Source of the DNA: a virus
IMG/VR virus record: IMGVR_UViG_3300017971_000207
Location: 1 to 64,000 of that record
DNA length: 64,000 nucleotides
Reading direction: 5' to 3' (one strand)
Shown here in pieces: positions 62,221 to 64,000 of the stretch. Both the position numbers and the translations under genes were made by a program. Each line of letters begins with the position of its first letter. The first letter of the stretch is position 1. A model generated the notes under the pieces. The model saw only the letters and a list, made by a program, of their open reading frames with translations, was not told the origin of the DNA and did not search any database.

Positions 62221-64000
62221 AGCCCGTCGTCCTGTAGCAGTACATGCATGACAGCGTCGCGAACTCGCGCACCAAGCTCAACATCCGTCTCCAGCGCCGC
62301 CTGCAGTGCCTTCTTTGAGCCGAACTTCTGATCGAGCACCTGCCACGAGGAACCACGGCCCTTCACTAGACCCACCATCTCCCCCATGCTCACAATCTCG
62401 GGAACATCTATCGAGTCCCCCACCCGGTACCTCTCTGTATCCATCAACGCAAGCTGAAACTCGCCCTCAATGCGAGGGTAGAAGGATTTGTTTTTCTCCA
62501 CCCGGAAGGCAAACTTCCCCGCTAATGGGCGCCCGAGAACCTCGTCCATCTCGTAGCCCGCCGAGCGTAGCTTCGTCTCTGTAACCGCCGCAAAGCCTGG
62601 GGCTAGGCCCCCCGGCTGGATCTCCGGACTATTATGGACGACCACACCACGCCCGTCGCCGCCAACAAGGTAGAAGCAGTCCCCCTCTATCTGGAGGTCG
62701 TACTTGACGCGAGACCTGTGTTTCTTCTGAGACTTTCGAACGCTGTGAACCTCCACAGGTATCGGTCGGCGGCGCATCACCGACTCCGGCAGCTCTAGCT
62801 CACCCGTGGCCTGCTCCCGATGCTCCGGCAGAAGCTTGTAAGCCATATCCGGAGGGAGATAGCGAGCGACGGCCTCCGAGAACTGCGTGAATGTGCTAGC
62901 GGGAAACACTATCGCACGTTGAGTTTGACGATAGCGCGTGCCAGGGAAGCGCTCGGCGAGCACCGCGGCCACGCGCACGGCGTGATCGTCTCGAAGGCGT
63001 TTGACCGAGATAGACGCCGACCGATGCGATTCCCGATAGGTGCCGTCGTCCGCATACCAGACAGCAAGGGTTAGGGGGCCAGCTTCGCGCAGAACATCCA
63101 GAGGGATGGTCCGATAGTCCTTGCCCTCCAACGTGTCGCCTGTCCCATAGAATTGCGCCCGTAGCTGCCGAAGCTCAAAGCTGTTCTCTGTCTTCCACGT
63201 GTCGCGCCCGCACGCGCTCACGAGGCTGAAGCCATAAGATCGAATGAGACGCTTCTTCCAGCACAGGTAAGCCTTCTGCTCCCCATTTGTTAGGCAAAAA
63301 GACCCCCATCGCGTGATGTGACCGTCTCCCAATAGCGAGCCTAAGACAACCTCACGCTCCACACTCGTGAGGCGCTCCTCGTACCAAGACAAGAGCTTCA
63401 TGCCTGGGCGCACTCGCCCAGCACGAATCTCGTTGCCGTCCCCATCGACGAGCAAGTGGTTCGGGGTACAGGTGAAGCCCTGAGCACCGCGCCGGCCTCC
63501 GGCCCCTGCCACACGGAACGTCAGCCAACTCTCACCCGGCGCCAAGACGCCGTTCTGATACCAGTTGACGATCCTACGCGCGACAATACGCCCGCGGTCT
63601 TTATCCCAGGAGAGCACCGGACCCTCCATACGCTCCTTAACCACCCGGTGGATGGGCACCTGCGACCCGTCCGCGAACATCACAGGCGTCTTCGCGTGAA
63701 AGCACCCAAACATCACTCCCACCTGCATACGCACCTGGTTGGTGAACAGCAAGGTAGGGGCAACACCTCGGGCGTTCGCAACCGTATTTAAGGCCACGAT
63801 AAACTTCCGTATCCCCTTGCCCAGCTGCCTCGCCTGCACCGCAGGGTTGTCGTCCATCGTGGAGCCTACAATCTCCTTCGCCGGCGCAAGAAACGCAATA
63901 CTGTCAATAACCACAATATCGAAGCCCTTCCGCAATAGAGCCTCGGTCATATCCATCGACTGCTCCTGATACTCCGGCGCAGATACGAATAGGTTGTCCA
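62217..64000 (-). CDS. recA: RecA/UvsX-like recombinase with intein (5' end beyond window)
   Basis: VVIDSIA, QARQLGKGIRK, FTNQVRMQVGVMFG|SPEIQPGG and VEKNK motifs. Confidence 0.92.
   Translation of the reverse strand, partial: DNLFVSAPEYQEQSMDMTEALLRKGFDIVVIDSIAFLAPAKEIVGSTMDDNPAVQARQLGKGIRKFIVALNTVANARGVAPTLLFTNQVRMQVGVMFGCFHAKTPVMFADGSQVPIHRVVKERMEGPVLSWDKDRGRIVARRIVNWYQNGVLAPGESWLTFRVAGAGGRRGAQGFTCTPNHLLVDGDGNEIRAGRVRPGMKLLSWYEERLTSVEREVVLGSLLGDGHITRWGSFCLTNGEQKAYLCWKKRLIRSYGFSLVSACGRDTWKTENSFELRQLRAQFYGTGDTLEGKDYRTIPLDVLREAGPLTLAVWYADDGTYRESHRSASISVKRLRDDHAVRVAAVLAERFPGTRYRQTQRAIVFPASTFTQFSEAVARYLPPDMAYKLLPEHREQATGELELPESVMRRRPIPVEVHSVRKSQKKHRSRVKYDLQIEGDCFYLVGGDGRGVVVHNSPEIQPGGLAPGFAAVTETKLRSAGYEMDEVLGRPLAGKFAFRVEKNKSFYPRIEGEFQLALMDTERYRVGDSIDVPEIVSMGEMVGLVKGRGSSWQVLDQKFGSKKALQAALETDVELGARVRDAVMHVLLQDDGL
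62631..63704 (-). mobile_element. RecA intein (358 aa, in-frame LAGLIDADG)
   Basis: MFG|CFHAKTPV...CTPNHLL...GSLLGDG...AVWYADDG...VVHN|S. Confidence 0.95.

Noticed and set aside
1-64000. Host assignment or prophage status
   Set aside because: No integrase, att site or cellular housekeeping context is visible; GC content and promoter style are insufficient to name a host.

Overview
A GC-rich segment of a large contractile-tailed (T4-like module) bacteriophage genome, almost entirely encoded on the minus strand. Read right to left it has: a recombination/replication block (RecA, resolvases, PyrE, SSB, ParB-like protein, a 2523-aa kinase/LysM/ART-like giant, family-A DNA polymerase); small accessory genes including a truncated second terminase; a leucine-only tRNA cluster; packaging and head genes (TerS, TerL, portal, protease-scaffold, major capsid); and neck and tail genes (sheath, tube paralogs, frameshifted chaperone, tape measure running off the left edge). 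The region carries seven inteins and five free-standing endonucleases. The main observation is that two inteins (TerL, and the first polymerase intein) lack an in-frame endonuclease. Each instead contains a complete endonuclease gene with its own ribosome-binding site, overprinted in the +1 frame, while the intein frame stays open. Several free-standing endonucleases also appear to have split their target (tail tube-like gene, tape measure gene, a tRNA-Leu) and supplied a recoded replacement. All calls come from reading motifs by eye; no database searches were run.
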